NCBI GenBank assembly: GCA_002633005.1
Contig: NMRA01000272.1
Span: forward strand, 437,817 to 501,816
DNA from: Phoronis australis
Lineage: Eukaryota; Animalia; Phoronida
DNA length: 64,000 nt
Direction of reading: 5' to 3'
The position numbers were made by a program, and so were the translations under genes. The notes under the pieces are model-generated. The model had not been told where the DNA came from. It saw nothing but the letters and a program-made list of their open reading frames with translations, and searched no databases. Positions 1 through 14,300 of this stretch are shown here, piece after piece (position 1 is the first letter of the stretch; every line of letters begins with the position of its first letter).

Positions 1-62
1 TAATATTTCAGGCTTCATGTATGGCTTCAAAGACGTTAATTTTTATTAAATGCGTTTGTCCA

Positions 63-228
63 NNNNNNNNNNNNNNNNNNNNNNNNNNNNNNNNNNNNNN
101 NNNNNNNNNNNNNNNNNNNNNNNNNNNNNNNNNNNNNNNNNNNNNNNNNNNNNNNNNNNNNNNNNNNNNNNNNNNNNNNNNNNNNNNNNNNNNNNNNNNN
201 NNNNNNNNNNNNNNNNNNNNNNNNNNNN
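63..228. other. Assembly gap (166 N)
   Basis: Run of N. Single Ns also occur at 25215 and 41687. Confidence 0.99.
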
Positions 229-718
229 ATAAGAATTTTAAATAATTTATGACTGATTGGGGTTCTACCGTTATTCTGCTGCTTAAGTTGTGGTGCGATC
301 TTTTGCGTCGGCTTTCGGCGCCTTGAAATAATGCGTCACCTACTGGCCAATTTTTCCAATTCTTCAATCAATTGTTCTTCTTCCACGAAGTTGCGTACAT
401 GTCACAGCTGGTTTCATTTCGTTACAACTTTTTTGCATTTTAATACTATCAAACAGAATTTCAGAACAAATTTTGCTGCAGTGATCCGCCAAAAAGAGTG
501 TGAATGCGTTGAGTTCAGAAATTCCAATTCCAAATTCCGTGTTAATGATCGATGAGGAGTTGAAGTACACTTTTTGAGGGTAAGAACGATCCATTTCAAA
601 ACCCAGAAATTGGTTGTGCCGGAAACAATGTACTCCTGACAAGTAACTATAGACGAACTTTAAAAATGCGGCCAATTGTAAAGATATTTATAGGAAATAA
701 TCAACAATAGCACTCAAA

Positions 719-2835
719 AGTCGAAATAATACCTTTGTCTTCCATTTTTTAAAATATTTTTGGAGAAACTACTGAATAACCTGAAATTAGCTAAATATTC
801 ACCGAGATACCAACGTGTTGAGAGAATAGATTATGGTGAAATTCGCCGCAGATAAGTTGCGCGAGTTTTACCGATAAAGATCAAACACCCTAGTCAATAT
901 AATTTGAGTTACATTTTCTTGTTGACAATTTTTAACAAAGAATTGCAGAAAAAATGGAAAGTACTTAAAGATGCTTAAACTCAAAGTTTGAGGCACTGAC
1001 ATTGTCTCAGAAAATTTGAAAAATTGTCCGGGTTTCCTGTCCGATCCCCGGGGTTCCGGCCTGTTTTAAAGGTCGGGATTCGTGTTTTTTGGGCCGGTTA
1101 GCTGTTTTGAAGGTACGAGGGTCTGTTTTCGACTCTAGGATATCTGTTTTACTCCGGGGTTCCAATTTTGATGGAACAACCTGTTAATTATGGAATTCAA
1201 AGAAATTCGAGTACATGAACTCCAACAACCGAATCACGAGTATTCGTGTTTAACACAATAACCATAATGAAAAATGTTTCTACTTTTCGTATCGTTGACT
1301 CATTTGGCATTGAAATAAATAATGTTTCATTAACTGTTCCTAATGTGCCGCATACTAACATCGGTACGTTAGATGTACATTATGTCTTGAAAGGTTTTAC
1401 GTCAGTAAACGAAATATTTTCCATTCTTTGTATATTACAGGACAGCTTTTCTGTAAAGTCACGTCAGTTACGACGTGATATGGAAGTTTGCTTAGAGGAC
1501 AAGGTTTATGTGTGTTCATTCAGTGGTTCTCATTCTTTCTAACATTTTATCTATATTTAGAGGATCGCGAGTATATCCGTGTTAGAAGACATATTTCGTC
1601 TGAGAGCAGGACCCCGACGCCTATGCGCATGCGTAGTCTCAGTGAGCCACCGCCACTCAGATCAAGAAACGACTTCAGTCAAAAGGGAAAGCGTTGCAGA
1701 CTGGCACAGGCGTACAAGCAGATCAAACAACCTACTACAGACTAAAGGATATAATAGTACAACGCTGATTTCGTATTTTTCAACTGTACCGAGTCGAATT
1801 TCATACGAGGCTACTATACCAAACTAGGAACCAATCTCATATTGGTTCCTAGTGCCAAGGGAACCTAAGATTAGTGAAAGCGGGGACACACCAAGTCCTC
1901 ATATGTGAAGGACCGGAAGATCTTCATCAAGAAGAAGAAGAAGATTGATTTTTATCAAGAGATGAAGAGAATAGAACAGTTTAATGATTTTGTGGAAGGA
2001 CTTTAAAAGAGTCAACGCCGGACGCCAACGCTTGAACGGGTTTTGAACTGTGAGTAAACAGACTCCTAATGCAATAATGCCAGTGTGCATACGTTGGCGG
2101 CGTGTGGTTATTTAAGTTAAGTTAGTCGTCGTGAGATTCTGGCGAATTGGTTTAATATTTCAGGCTTCATGTATGGCTTCAAAGACGTTAATTTTTATTA
2201 AATGCGTTTGTCCAAAAAAATTGTTACATCGTTATTTGATGCCAGTTCATATGTATCCTACATGAATTTGGTGTTTCTATTTTGCTACTCAGCTGTCAAT
2301 TAATTCAGTTGCACTTTCCAAGTTGTCGTTACTATTTGAACCTTATTCTTCGGATATAATTATCTCTTGCAATGACGAGTTTTAAATTGATTTGGCTTTT
2401 CCTTTGTGCTAATGCTGAATATGTGATCCTTGATAACAGTTGTGGGAGACCTGGAGTGTCTGACACTAAATGGATCTTTCAGGGTTCTGCTCGAATACAG
2501 TGTTCATTCAGAGTGCTTCTGTTGTTCTTCATTTGGCTTGCCATTATTCCGGAGGATACACATTTATAACCACAGTTAGCATTCACAGGGTGTTCCATCG
2601 AAACAGGAACCCCCGTGAAAACAGATATCCCGGAGTCGAAAACAAACTCCAACACCTTAAAAACAGCTAACCACCCAAAAAACACGAACCCTGACCTTAC
2701 AGGAATCCCAGGACTCGGACATAATCTATACTCTCAGCACTTTGTAATCTCGGTGAATATTTAGTTAATTTGATATTATTCAATAGTTTCTCCAAAAATA
2801 TTTTCAAAAAGGAAAAATAAGATATTACTTCGACT
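719..2835. repeat. Long imperfect inverted repeat pair (about 719-835 with 2720-2835, and about 1025-1183 with 2586-2722)
   Basis: Examples: aaaatatttttggagaaacta...aaatattcaccgagat vs atctcggtgaatattt...tagtttctccaaaaatatttt; tgttttcgactctaggatatctgtttt vs aaaacagatatcccggagtcgaaaaca. Confidence 0.7.
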
Positions 2836-2879
2836 TAATTTCGATCGCCATAGTTGGTTTATATGCTGTGACATGTTTG

Positions 2880-3510
2880 CAACCTCGTGGAAGAAGAACA
2901 GCCTGAGAAAGAACATAGGGATCAGGACCAGGACGAGACGGACCCTCCCCCAAGGCTCACGTGACTATCCCATTCTTGGTATTTCGGATCGGGTGAAAAA
3001 GCATCTCCACCAACACGGGGTGTCCACAGCATTCAAACCGATTAACTTTCTTAGGCGCAAATTATTTAACGTAAAAGACAAATCACCGAAAGAAAAACGT
3101 ACCATTGCTGTATAATGGGATAAGGTGTGGGAACGACGAATATGCAGAGTCCTATGTAGAAGAAACGAAGCAGGCGCTTGAAAGTAGGATTTATCAACAC
3201 CATCGCCCTACCTATGACTCAGTAGTGTTTAGTCACCTTTGCGCACCAGACCATGATTTTCTATAAAAATTTGGTGATCGTTGTTACTGAGGAGGATGTG
3301 TTTTCCCGTGGTGTAAAAACAGCGATCAACAGACACGGAAGACCAAGACAATCTATCAGCTGTGCGGCCGGAATAGCGTATTACGTCACCAACCAAAGAA
3401 ATTATGTCACAACCCACGTAACAGCAATCTCCGCCAATGCCGACACGCAAGCTCTTCGGCTTCAGACGCTCTGCAGAAGTCTCCGAGATGAGGACGTTGC
3501 GTTATCATTA
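2880..3510 (+). mobile_element. Degenerate 3' fragment of a Penelope-like retroelement (GIY-YIG endonuclease region)
   Basis: Across frameshifts it reads YPILGISDRVKKHLHQHGVSTAFKPINFLRRKLFNVKDKSPKEKRTIAV-GIRCGNDEYAESYVEETKQALESRIYQH-VIVVTEEDVFSRGVKxAI. This is the typical PLE C-terminal pattern (VYxIxC...YIGETKxxLxxRxxQH). Confidence 0.8.
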
Positions 3511-3869
3511 GTATACAGTAAGTCGAGAAATTGATATATTTTTGATTTGCATTATGCCACAGCTGGATGAGTAACATACATCCCATTACACTCATATGGT
3601 CTTTGTTTTTCTTCGTCTTCGTAACAATATGCCTACTGTATTTCTTTTCTTGTGTATGTTTTTATGTTCAAGACTGTGCAAACATTTACTGGTGGTATGT
3701 GCAGAAAAATTAATCAATCCAATTGAAAACATTAAATGCTTAATGTCACTGAAAGCAATACCTGAATTTGGTTTTAGTCCAAAATTAAATTTCAGGGACT
3801 TCGAGATTCCGGGAAAAGACTTGATGTTCTATAGTATGAAGATAAGAAATACAGCATTTATTGTCTTCA

Positions 3870-5215
3870 AATAATCATAGGATCAAGTCCAGCTACAGTG
3901 GGAGTTTTCCTGTTTTTTCAGTTCAATCAAGAGCAATGCAAGAGGAGTCGCAATAATGCTGAGCAATAATTTTGAACATCAAATACACGGCTGGAGAAGG
4001 GACAAAAGTGGGAATTATATATTACTTGATATAACAGTGGAGGGAGAGAGAATTACGCTTGTAAACTTGTATGGTCCTAATGAGGACAAACCTGACTTTT
4101 TCAAAACTTTTTAAAGAAATTGGATTTTTGCGTTAAATTCTTAATTAAAAGTACACAAATTGAAGAAAATATTCTTAAAATGCCATACCAAAATTGTTGG
4201 TAATCGAATTCAAACATTTATGACCATGGTGTGAAGGGTTTAAGAGGGAAAGGCTTCTGGAAATTCAACAATTCCCTGTAGGGTGACTTGGAATAAACTT
4301 TCGGAGTTGGATGCAATCCAATTAGAAACTGAAATTAACATCGATCAATTATCCGAGGTTTAAGAAAATACAAAAACGAGAAATGTCTACGCTCTGATGG
4401 TTTTACAGTGGAATTTTTGAAAAATTTTTGGGAAGACATAAAATATTTTGTATTGTGTCACATTAAATGTAGTTCCAAAAAGGGAGAAATGTCTACACCC
4501 CAACAGACTGGGATTATTACACGTATTCCAAAACCAGACAAACCAAAACAGTTTCTGAAAAACTGGCGACCAATAACTTTATTGAATAGTGTATACAAAC
4601 TGGCTTCGGGATTCGTTGCAAACTGAATTATTCAAAACAAACTGATTGCCCAAGCTGGATTTACTAAATGAATATTTATTTGTGAAAACACACGACTAAT
4701 TTACGATATTTTGAGTTATACGGACAAACACAACTTTCCATGACTACTTGTGTTGACAGATTTTGAAAAGGCCTTTGACAGTGTTTCCAGAGAGTTTGTA
4801 CTCTAAGTCCTGAATAATTTCAATTTCAAGCCCAATATACAAGAATATTGTATAATAACACAATTGCCCGTGTTATACAAAATTGGTTTCTGACAGTTTC
4901 ATACTGGAACGTGGATGGGAACAAGCTGATCCTCTCTCCCCTCATATTTTCATACTGTGTGATGAAATTTTGTCTAAATTGATTAAACATGATCCTGAAG
5001 TGAAAGGTATTAAAATCGATAACGAAGACTACGTTATAACACAATACGCAGACGACACAACTTTCCTATTAGTATATTAAATGGAACTCCAAGATCCTGA
5101 GCACTTATGAACAACTTAGAGTTCTATGCAGGGATGTCGGGGCTGAAGATAAGCTATTCCGAGACAAAAGTAGTGTGGATTAAAAATAGAGAATTCTCCC
5201 AGAAAGTGTTTCACC
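3870..5215 (+). mobile_element. Degenerate L1/Tx1-clade non-LTR retrotransposon ORF2 (APE endonuclease + RT fragments)
   Basis: Motifs SNARGVAIMLSNNFEH, GNYILLDITVEGERITLVNLYGPNEDKPDFF, GKGFWKFNNSL, DGFTVEF, FLKNWRPITLLNSVYKLASG, TDFEKAFDSVS, QADPLSPHIFILC, ITQYADDTT, SGLKISYSET. Many stops, frameshifts and deletions. Confidence 0.9.
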
Positions 5216-6499
5216 GCACGCTCCGCATAAATAAGGGCACCCACCTCGTAAGAACAATCAGTAGACCTTTCCTGTTAAACTCGGGAGACTGGAAATTGTG
5301 TCGACAATTGTGGCGACCACTGTGAAAAAAAAATTGTTGCAGCCGGCAGACCGTTGGTGGGCTAGTAGCTGTGCCTTGTGGCGACCGAGGTACACTGCCA
5401 CATAAACCGTACCACTGAGGTGCCCCAGATTCGTAGCTTTGCGAGCACCCGAAAAACCTTGATCCTGTGAATGCGTCTCGAGCTACGTGGTGGCAAGTCT
5501 GAAGTCTAGCCTCAAAAGCAGCCAGACCATTGTGTTGATCATAAAATTACGATTCCAAGCTAAAATTGGGACCCAATTCTCGAGAATGTCGTGATATTAG
5601 GACAATTAGTTCTATACAGAGGCTAAAGGGAGACTTGTGACCAGTCGTAAGTTTTGGTGTTGACTTTTTGTTTATCAGTAAACGTTAAGTTAATGAAAGT
5701 GACTCTTGTAAATTAAAACATATTAAATTTATGTCGTGATTTGTTTAACTTTAATGTAATCAACTGTGTTCCTCTCTGTTTTGCATAGTGATGAGTCGCC
5801 ATTGGAATGCTGCCATTTTAATTCTGACATCCTTTTGCATACTCGTAGGCGTAGGAAGGTTTTCCCGCTATAGCAAGGACGGCCAAATGGCGGGCGTAAC
5901 AAAGTGAACGCGTCCCGTCGCCTACAGTTTCATCTCTGCCTCCCAGTATCGTATGGACTGAAAGAGATTCTTTTAATTTGGTAGTTTCACTTGTGGCCTG
6001 CCCCCACCTCATGACGCTCGCCTCCCTCCCGGTTCACGTCTTTGGTCGTTTATTATTCCGGCACCATTGGTCGTTTATTATTCCACTATGTAAACCCACC
6101 AGTGTTAGCCAATTTGATAAAAAGACCCCGTCTGATACTATATGCGGACAACATGATTACAAAGTGATAATCAGGTCTTGGAGGAAAAGAAATCATGACC
6201 AACTTCAGGCTCCTACTACACACCTTTATTATGGGATTATTTCTTTTTACTGTGTATGGGGATGTGCAAAATCTGCAGATTTATCAAAAACGCTCTTTGC
6301 AAGTTGCGGAATCTTATTTTTCGATTATCGACCTTCAGTTGATTTAGTAAAAATTCTGCTGCACCCAGACTCGAGAAACCACTGACCAGAAATCTTTGCC
6401 AATTGAACTACAAAATAGCTGACTGTTTGATGGTGGGTTTTCAAATGGAATATCAATTTGCAATCGTATTCCTGACCTTTTTCGCCATCAACTATGGGA

Positions 6500-6762
6500 A
6501 GCATGGGCCGCGGAAAGGGCAAAAATAGTTAACAGAAAAATCAAACCTAATTTGTTAAAATCAAGCCTAATTCCCAAAAATCAATCCTGTTTGGAATATT
6601 AATCCGAATTCGTAAAAATCAAACCTAACTCGTAAAATCAAACCTGTTTGGAAAACCTATCGGTGGAAACGGAAACTCACTAAATGCGCGGAGAGGGCAA
6701 AATTACCAATTGGTGTGATTTTTCTGTTACCTATTTTTTGGCCTTTTGGAGGCTCATACCTA
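6500..6762. mobile_element. MITE-like element with about 40-bp TIRs enclosing a ~20-bp tandem array (aaaatcaaacctaattyg)
   Basis: Left end aaagggcaaaaatagttaacagaaaaatca, right end tgatttttctgttacctattttttggcctttt. Tandem units at about 6537-6657. Confidence 0.55.
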
Positions 6763-8338
6763 TGTAAGTGCACAAAAAAAACTAAGAGGAATTAACCTCC
6801 ATCGTCCATTTTACTTGCACATATGAACTATTCAAAAAGTAAGTGTACCATCAGTTTCCAGGAATTCGAGAACTGGAATATTTACATGGACGTGTTCAGT
6901 AGGAAATTCCTAAAAATTTGAAAGTACTGATATAGTAAGAATTTTTTCTTGTCGTGAAACAACACAGCAATGGAGTTTTCGTTAACCAGAAAGGAAAAAG
7001 ATTTATTAAGAAATGCCGTCCCCAGTTTCAGAAACATGGCTTCCGTTTGAAATGTTAAGATTGGAATGCTTTAAGCGTTTTCAATGGATCAGATTGGTAC
7101 ATGTATAATGATTAGTTCAATACTAGCCTGACATGCACAGGACATTCCCCCGTTTGTGTAATCTACTGAAATGGTCTTCAACAGTTCTCTTAATTTGGCA
7201 TTTCCTGTTTACTGAATACCTAAACTGAAGAACCTCACCTGGCCAAAGACACAAAACCACAATGTTTCAACTCTGCACATGTTGATAAATATTTAACATC
7301 TCTAAACATATCATCCAGGACCCGGCAGTAAAAAAATTCAAAGAATCATGCGTTTTGTGTGGTGTGCCAAACCCTAAAAAATTGGGTCACTTCAGTCTAT
7401 GTTAAAAAACCCTTCAATCCCTTCTAATCATGTGAAATCAATTATGATCACTACAAGTGAAAGCTTTAGGCAGATTACTGTTAATTTCGTGATTTATACT
7501 TTGGGTTGTAATTAGGAATGAAGTGCACCATAACCATTCAAAACTAAAGCCATCTGTTTGGAACTGTGAACCATTACATAAACCACCCATTTCCTAAAAC
7601 ATATGCCAACTTTTCAGGATTGTCAGAGCGAACACATGTATGATATATGTCCATTTTCTCAATTTCTTGGGAATTAGGAGTGAAGAACGCATGGGGCATT
7701 TCCCTTTTTAAGAAGCCAATTTATAGATCTAGTCATCTGTAACCCTACAGTTTTCTTTTTATAATCTTGAACACAGCGTACAACTACACTGGTACATACA
7801 GTTTTGCACGGAATACAGAAATGACCATGACTTTGAATAAGCTCGATACAAAAATTCTACTCCAAAATGAAAAAAAAAAATTGAGCAAAAACTGGAATAC
7901 AAAGAAAATTTCCCAAATCTTTACTGATCGCAGAGTACTTCCTAAAGATATTAATTTTCCTGGTAAATAGCATCTCAACTCGCGAATCATATTTTAATAA
8001 AAGAAAATTCTGACAAGAGGTTTTATTTTTCTTAAACCTGGCACATTGGACTTTATCACAAGGGCGATACTCCATATGACCATGCCAAATAAATACAAAC
8101 ATTCATCAGTCCCAATATGAGTCACATACAAGCTACCTGAAGATATTCAGTAAATTTACACTTCAATTATAAGCAAAGTTGTTGAAACCAACCCGTTTTG
8201 GCAACAGAACAAAGTTACTCTTTAACTTTCTGAAAATGCTTCTGATGTAACAGACAACCTCCATTACACCAACTGTCCAAATAAAGCGTCTGGTTCCAAC
8301 TGCAGTCCTAAATGCGTTATTAACCTCCAGTACCAGCT

Positions 8339-11300
8339 TTAACTCTTTTCACCCTCCTCCTCTCCCCCTTCCTCTTTTCTTTCGCTGTCTTCCTGCGAGT
8401 CTGTTGTCACCAGAGCTTCAACTGAAGCATGTGGTGTAGGCTGCTCAGGCATCTTAGAGTCCCAGAATGTCGACACTTTAGTGCGGATGTTCTCATTTTC
8501 CTCACGCCACTCCTTCTGCCATTGCCGCAGCTCTTGTATTTCTGGCTCCCGTCTTACCTGTCAACAGAGTCAATATGGAACATGTCACTGCTGTTACTAA
8601 AATCACTTTATTCACATTTGGTTTACTTTATAAAGACTTCATGGTTTAGATTTAGGAATTATTTTGAATTTGAATTATTTTAATACTTTATGTCACTAAA
8701 TCATATATCTGTGGTGGTAAAATTTGTTAGTTCCTCACCTGCCAGGTTAAGAATTAAAATACGGATTCAGATCAAACCTACATAAGCACATTCAATTCAC
8801 AACTGGCTCACTGTGACTGCCACAGATGGAACTAGACGGGGGTGGGAGTGTGCCACGAGAAAGCTAATGTCTTGCCGCGAGGTTGAGAGAATGTCAGTGA
8901 AGATAGTTGGAGCAGACTGGAGAATTGTATGCAATGGATCATATTTCCTTAACAGTCACTCGAGGAGAGCACATGATGTTGACAAGATCATGGTCAACTT
9001 ACACAGTATCCACGCCAGTGAGACTGTATAACAAGGACTGCCTCTTCCTCCGTCCACAACAGTGATAGCGGTAAAGGCGGTCGTGGGCTGGAAAAAGAAA
9101 AATATTATTGCCAATTAGTGCAATATAATCTAATGAGATATCATTGGTACTTATTAATTATCAAACCATTAGGCGACATATTGAAACTAAAAACTATTCA
9201 AGGGAAACATGCGAGTCATCATCAGACAGGCTGTCATCAAATGATTCGTCTCAGGCCATATCAATTACACTGGTAGCAGATTCCTGGTAATGCTTGTGAG
9301 CCATGTGTTTTGGACACTGTGTTAGAGGAGGTGGACTTTAAGTTGGAACAAAATGTAACTTAACTATTTCTGGGTTAATTTTGATGCTTCCAAATCGAAT
9401 TGTGGATATTTTATTTGCAGTAAAGACAAATTTACCCAACAGTAACACAAAAATAGTGGGTAGAAACAATTATGCTTCAGCAAAGTCAGGCAAGGTTGAT
9501 TTGTATCATGAGTCAACCAAACCCCGAGAGGAGGTCCAAGGTCAGCATGACGAACAAAGTGACCAGGGCAGCTACGTCAGTAGGTTGGTTTTCAAATTTG
9601 TCATATTCGCCCAATGAAAGCTAAGTACAAAACATACTCTCAATGACCAAAACATGGTTCCGTATCAAAAATATTGAAGGAATAATAAGATGAACATAGC
9701 TACAAATTGACATACAATGTCAATCATGCAATAATTTACTTTACCGTTGATCATTGCAAAAACAAAATTCAAATGAACCACGTCAAGCATTTTCCCTATA
9801 AATTGGTAGATTTTTTACAGAATAGAAAGAAGCAGCAAAGATATCCAAAGATATCGTACTGAAGTCCTTGAGAACCCGTTCAGATACTCACTGATCTTTT
9901 AGCCATTCTTGAACAAATGGTATGTCCAAAAGCTCAAGATTTTCTCTATCCCTTTGGAATGGATTTTTTCTGAAGCAAGATTAATCACATTACAAGATGT
10001 TGCACCAATCCACATCTACACTAACATCTTCAACTGTAGAATTTTTGTGTAAGCCACTAAGTTAAGTCACAAAAATGAAATAGCAACAAGAATTTGATAC
10101 GACTCTAAATGCATTAAGCATATTCTTCACCACAATTACTTTATTACACAGTTAAATGGGAGCTTTTGATAACACACCTCTCATCAACTGTACATATAAT
10201 AAAGCTGTCCTTCATCCATTTCGAATGAAATCTGCTGAAAATCTCGCAATGTTCTCAGTCTCACCACTGCATGATGCCCCTGTCGATTCCTCGCTACCCT
10301 GTGATTTGCTGATGCACGACCTTCAATTGGGATAATTCAGTAACCAAATATCAGTGAATGAATGATCCTAAGCACAGGGTATCTAGCAATGTACGAGTGC
10401 GTCATACAGTGTGAGTTTAAAAACATTACAAGCTGGCAGTTTTTGTTTGGAATGGATAGCCAGCTACATTCCCTTCATTACATATAAGGTGTATGAAAGT
10501 TACCTCCTAAAAAGATCGAGATAAGCTCCCATGGACAGCTATAGCACTCTTAAGGAAGCACTTAAAATTGTGTTCAAACCATTTACTTACTTGTATAGGT
10601 ATTCTGTTAAAAAGTCTAATGCATTAAATTTGGTTCTTTTTCTCTGAAATGGAAAATAAAATTGCTAGAAACAGCACATGGAAAACAAGAGGAATGATAT
10701 TAACCAACATGTGATACATTGGAAACATCTTTTTAATAACTTTACATGCTATGAGATACAGGTACATTTTTGATAATTAAAACCCTAGTCTTGCTAATCC
10801 CGAGCTTCTCCGGTTTCAAAATTCCAGTCTGTCTGGCTAACCCCGGAGGTCTCCGGCTGCCTAGCACTGATCTAAGTAGGTCAAACTCAATTAAAAAATA
10901 ACGGCCAATCATAAAATTTAAAAGGGCCTAGTTAGGCTGGGTTGCTTCAGACAAGGCATAAGGTCCCAAGTATTCATGAAAGACTGTTTGTGATTGGTTA
11001 ATTGAGCAATATTGGTCTGGGATTCCATATTGAGCATGGGATTTTCCAGTCTTCCTGCACACCGGTAACTTAACTTGATTTACCTGTTGTTCTGAGGCCT
11101 CTTGTTTGAAATGGACACTTGATAATGATTTCAGAACACTTCTACCCTTGTTTTAATTGACATATGTTCATATTTTTTGATTATTTGTGTTTATTTGCAT
11201 GATATGAGAATATTGAAAACTGCTGTATTTTACACCATTATCGGTGTTACATTGGTCATCAGCAGCATATATCATAATTATCTTCCTGATTAATATGATA

Positions 11301-14300
11301 GAGATGAAGCTGATTTTATGAGCTTCACGATGATGTATAATACATAGTATATAAATCAAACTGGTTTGTTAAATCTTTGATTAAAACAATTGAGTGTGTT
11401 CATATTGAGCTTGACCTAAAATTAGCCAGCCAGCTGGTCAGGACACTGTTTACAGTGTATAGCACTACAAGGGAACCTATATACCTCAAAACATCTTTCT
11501 TTCCTGGCCTGCCTGAGCATTTCCTCAAGTGCGGGAAGTAATGTAGGGAATATGTAGTACTCTAAGTATGTGCGAGGTGCACCTGAAGTAGAGAAAGTAT
11601 GACATGACAGGTACAGTGCCTGATGAGAATTGAACACACTAAAAATTTCTAAAAGACAGATGCCACAAGTAGGCACTACATGCTACCCAAGAACATTCAA
11701 TCCAGTTTCAGACAATGCTCTTATTTTTATGACATGGCCATCAATTTACTGAAAACTCATAAAACATCTCATTTTTATATTGGTTTAACACAGTTAACAA
11801 TAGCACTTAAAACTGAAGCCATGTTTTTCTTGGGTTTTCTTAATAACCTGTGCTCAGAAATTTCAAGCTATTATTTCATAGCGGATATCAACTGCCGTTG
11901 TTCCATCAAACCAGTTACTGTTATAAAATTGGTCTCCTTACTAAGACGAGATGCGATATCTAGGTGCACGAAATGACCCGTACTTGACAAGCCAACTTGG
12001 GAAGTCAGTGATCTCAAGAAACAGCAAATTAGCAGTTCCTTTGAAGTCCTGACCAAGGGCGGATCCAAGGTTTTGAGTTAAGGGAGGCCAGGGCACAGGA
12101 ATAACCAGAATTTTGCCACGTGTGAACCCGGCCTAAAATGTAGGGATGCAGGATCTCGAATTTTCGGGTTTGTGGACCTTATTACTAAAAAACAGGTTTT
12201 TTTCAATGCCTATGCATTTGCATTCCGCCCCCCCAACCCCCCCCTAGGTGCGCATATGCTAGTCACCAATTAGCACCCCCAAATGCCAAATGGTATCTGG
12301 GAGAATTTTAGGGGGGGCATTGCCCCCCCTAAATCCGCCACTGCTCATATCATGACCAATTTGACTAAGGAACAATTTGAGACCAATTTCCAAACCAGGG
12401 GTTTAAATCAAAACTGGAATTTTGTCATAGAAGATGGGTTTATGATCGCTTTAAGGGACATTTCCTGATTAGTTACAACAAGGTCACAAAAAAGAAATTA
12501 CTGTCATGAATTGGTATTCAAAATTGTCCTTATCAAAAGAACAATTGGTTTCCAGAGTGTATCATCAAGAAGAATTGAACGGGCACCTGCGACTGATACC
12601 ACGGAGACCAAAGTTGGAAAGACTGGCCAAACTGGAAATTAAAGGCACTTTAAGTTGAAACTTGCCCCTTGGTACTCTGGCTATAGAGTACAAAGGCACA
12701 CACCAAGAGTATAGAGAATTGAAAAGAAATGCTAACATCAATGTTTGATTGAAGTGCTTTGCTCACATGTTTTTTTGTTTGGTGCTGGAGGCGGTGGCGG
12801 CGCTGGCGATGGTGGAGGCTGCTGTACAAACGCTTGACCAAGACAGGCAGGATGAGAAATAGAAGGATCAAAGTCAGCTGTCACATCAGCATCAACTGTA
12901 AAGATAGCTGCATGCATCGGTCCGTATAGGACGGGTGTGAATTTACTGGCATCATAGTCATGCAGTTCTGTGTGAATGGAAACGACATCATCATCTGGAT
13001 ATGGTGGTCTCCGTTTGGAAAACTCTGAAAATGAAAATCAAAAGGTCACTGAGAGTGAGCTTCCTAGAGCTAAAAGTAATATTCAAACTGAAAGATTTTC
13101 CAATAAGATTCATTTCTGAACAGAACTAAAAGCACAGCTAGTCCCCAATGGTTACTCGGAATATTGCGACAGTAACATTAACACAAGGACACATACTAAA
13201 ATTTGTGATATCCAACTGTGCCTCAATACAGCATTAAAGACAAGAAATATCTCAGTGACTACACACAGCTACAAACAACAATCTTTAACTGGTCCATGTA
13301 TGGTACTAGTATAACACATAGATAAGTCGAGTGTCGTGGAGGAAAAGATTGTAGTCAAGAGTCCCCACAGCTTTTGTTGTCACATTAAAGTGGCATGACA
13401 TAAATCTGCCAAAAACAACTTTTTGTCAAATTGCAGATTTCATGGCTTTAAAGGAACTGACACTTCATTATTGTATGAGACCAGGCTCTACAAAATGGCT
13501 TATGGCAGGGTGTAATTGCCAATGCACCGAGCAAAAGTGGTCTGAAGGCCATATGCAAACCCGCTTCTCACCTGAGTTAAGAAAAACTTGAGACCAATGG
13601 TATAGTGCTAAGTGGTCAAAATCAAAAGTTCGCTTCTTGGGCAGAATGGGGGTTTGAGCTGCTCTAATTAAGGGTGCACGATGCAGGAGCTAGAAACTGG
13701 AGACGAGAAGGGTTGATGGAGTCATGCCATTAACAGGTCATATTGCTTGCCGTCGATTAAAATTGATGCTGCAACACCTTGATGTGTGCCTCAGAGTATT
13801 TTTGGTGATGCTATGCACTAAGACAGTACCACCGCCTCAAATGGCCCCAATAGAGACGGGTGTTATGCCTCCATACGCCAAAAGCTTTTCGATGAATTGA
13901 GCCTCACACTGATTAAACCCAATACATGGTACTTGTTTGCAGGTAAAGAGACACCTCAGGAGACCGTTGATATCTTTAATTTCTTCTAATTCAAACAAAT
14001 ACTCCAGTTATCAAACTTTTTCAAACACTATTTTTTGAGCTGGGAAGAGTTGACATCAACGGCCTCCTGAGGTGTCCTGCTGTGCACAAAAGGTACTAAC
14101 AGCAACATATCGTCAGAGGTCCTAAAGTCGTGAGTGCCCTAAAGTCGTGAACGATCTTATTTCCTCTTCTGCGCGGTCCTGCGACACCTGGCGTTGAAGT
14201 TTCCAGCGTTCGTCTGCTTACGAACGTCAAACGAGTACCCGGACGTGTTCGTATTCACAGTATGATAACAAACAGTGAGTGAGTGGCTTCTTTTTTCAAA

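Noticed and set aside
8-367. ORFs spanning the N gap
   Set aside because: Artefacts of translating through Ns.
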